Assembly (NCBI GenBank): GCA_934215405.1
Contig: CAKPZU010000002.1
Location: 1 to 55,634 of the forward strand
Direction of reading: 5' to 3'
Origin: an uncultured Bacilli bacterium
GTDB lineage: Bacteria > Bacillota_I > Bacilli_A > RFN20 > CAG-631
DNA length: 55,634 nt
The position numbers and the translations under genes are program-made. A model generated the notes under the pieces. That model did no database searches. It saw only the letters and a list, made by a program, of their open reading frames with translations, and had not been told where the DNA came from. Positions 55,623 to 55,634 of the stretch are shown here, piece after piece; position 1 is the first letter of the stretch; each line of letters begins with the position of its first letter.

Positions 55623-55634
55623 ATGTATCCAGAT
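55623..55634 (+). CDS. 5' end of an unidentified gene (runs off the window)
   Basis: An ATG preceded by GGAGG at 7-nt spacing. Only 4 codons are visible. Confidence 0.3.

Noticed and set aside
1-55634. I looked for CRISPR arrays, tRNA or rRNA genes, IS elements, transposases, integrases and prophage genes.
   Set aside because: No regularly spaced direct repeats, no GC-rich cloverleaf-like segments, and no recombinase or transposase-like ORFs were seen. This was an eye scan only and should be confirmed with tRNAscan-SE, Infernal and ISEScan.
1-55634. An alternative genetic code (Mollicutes-type TGA = Trp), suggested by the very low GC content.
   Set aside because: Trp is encoded by TGG throughout. 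TGA terminates well-defined genes: DUF523 at 7570-7572, TldD at 25183-25185, HydS at 40781-40783 and the response regulator at 50764-50766.

Overview
This is a strongly AT-rich, gene-dense chromosomal segment with about 43 protein-coding genes, most on the minus strand. I recognised no rRNA, tRNA, CRISPR array, transposase or integrase. The gene content includes MurC, AddAB, a ClpC-like ATPase, Fhs, AdhE, Rex, [FeFe]-hydrogenases, a GH36 alpha-galactosidase, CsbB/YfhO, a prepilin-type protein and a Listeria-Bacteroides-repeat surface protein. That reads as an anaerobic fermentative low-GC Bacillota (Firmicutes), probably a gut Erysipelotrichia/Clostridia-like lineage. The code is standard code 11: TGG encodes Trp and TGA is used as a stop.

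Gene order, left to right:
- two hypothetical genes
- an HTH/AAA-ATPase/PD-(D/E)XK orphan
- murC, a CotH lipoprotein and a DUF523 protein
- the addBA operon
- a 589-aa pilin-headed GLUG protein
- two AAA_14/DUF4143 ATPase orphans that bracket DUF378, LolA-like and ClpC-like genes
- a sugar operon (isomerase, alpha-galactosidase, TldD, PmbA, membrane protein, aldose epimerase)
- DUF1540, then fhs coupled to yfhO
- divergent csbB-like GT2 plus a CDF transporter
- an eight-gene block: rex, adhE, kinase, two ferredoxins, hydS(PAS), PP2C, hydrogenase
- a yfcE-like gene and a LysR regulator
- an OmpR-type two-component system
- a 1290-aa repeat surface protein

Most noteworthy observations:
1. The rex-adhE-HydS-kinase-phosphatase-hydrogenase block looks like a single-operon H2/redox-sensing phospho-switch. 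Its Rex has a degenerate NAD(H) loop.
2. A G9 homopolymer sits exactly in the spacer of a near-consensus promoter that drives the pilin-headed GLUG protein. This is a candidate phase-variation switch.
3. A 7TMR-DISM-type sensor kinase is split by one in-frame TAA codon.
4. Three orphan ATPase/nuclease-fold genes each carry a consensus promoter plus a private duplicated operator-like repeat.

All functional calls rest on motif recognition by eye. No database search was run.
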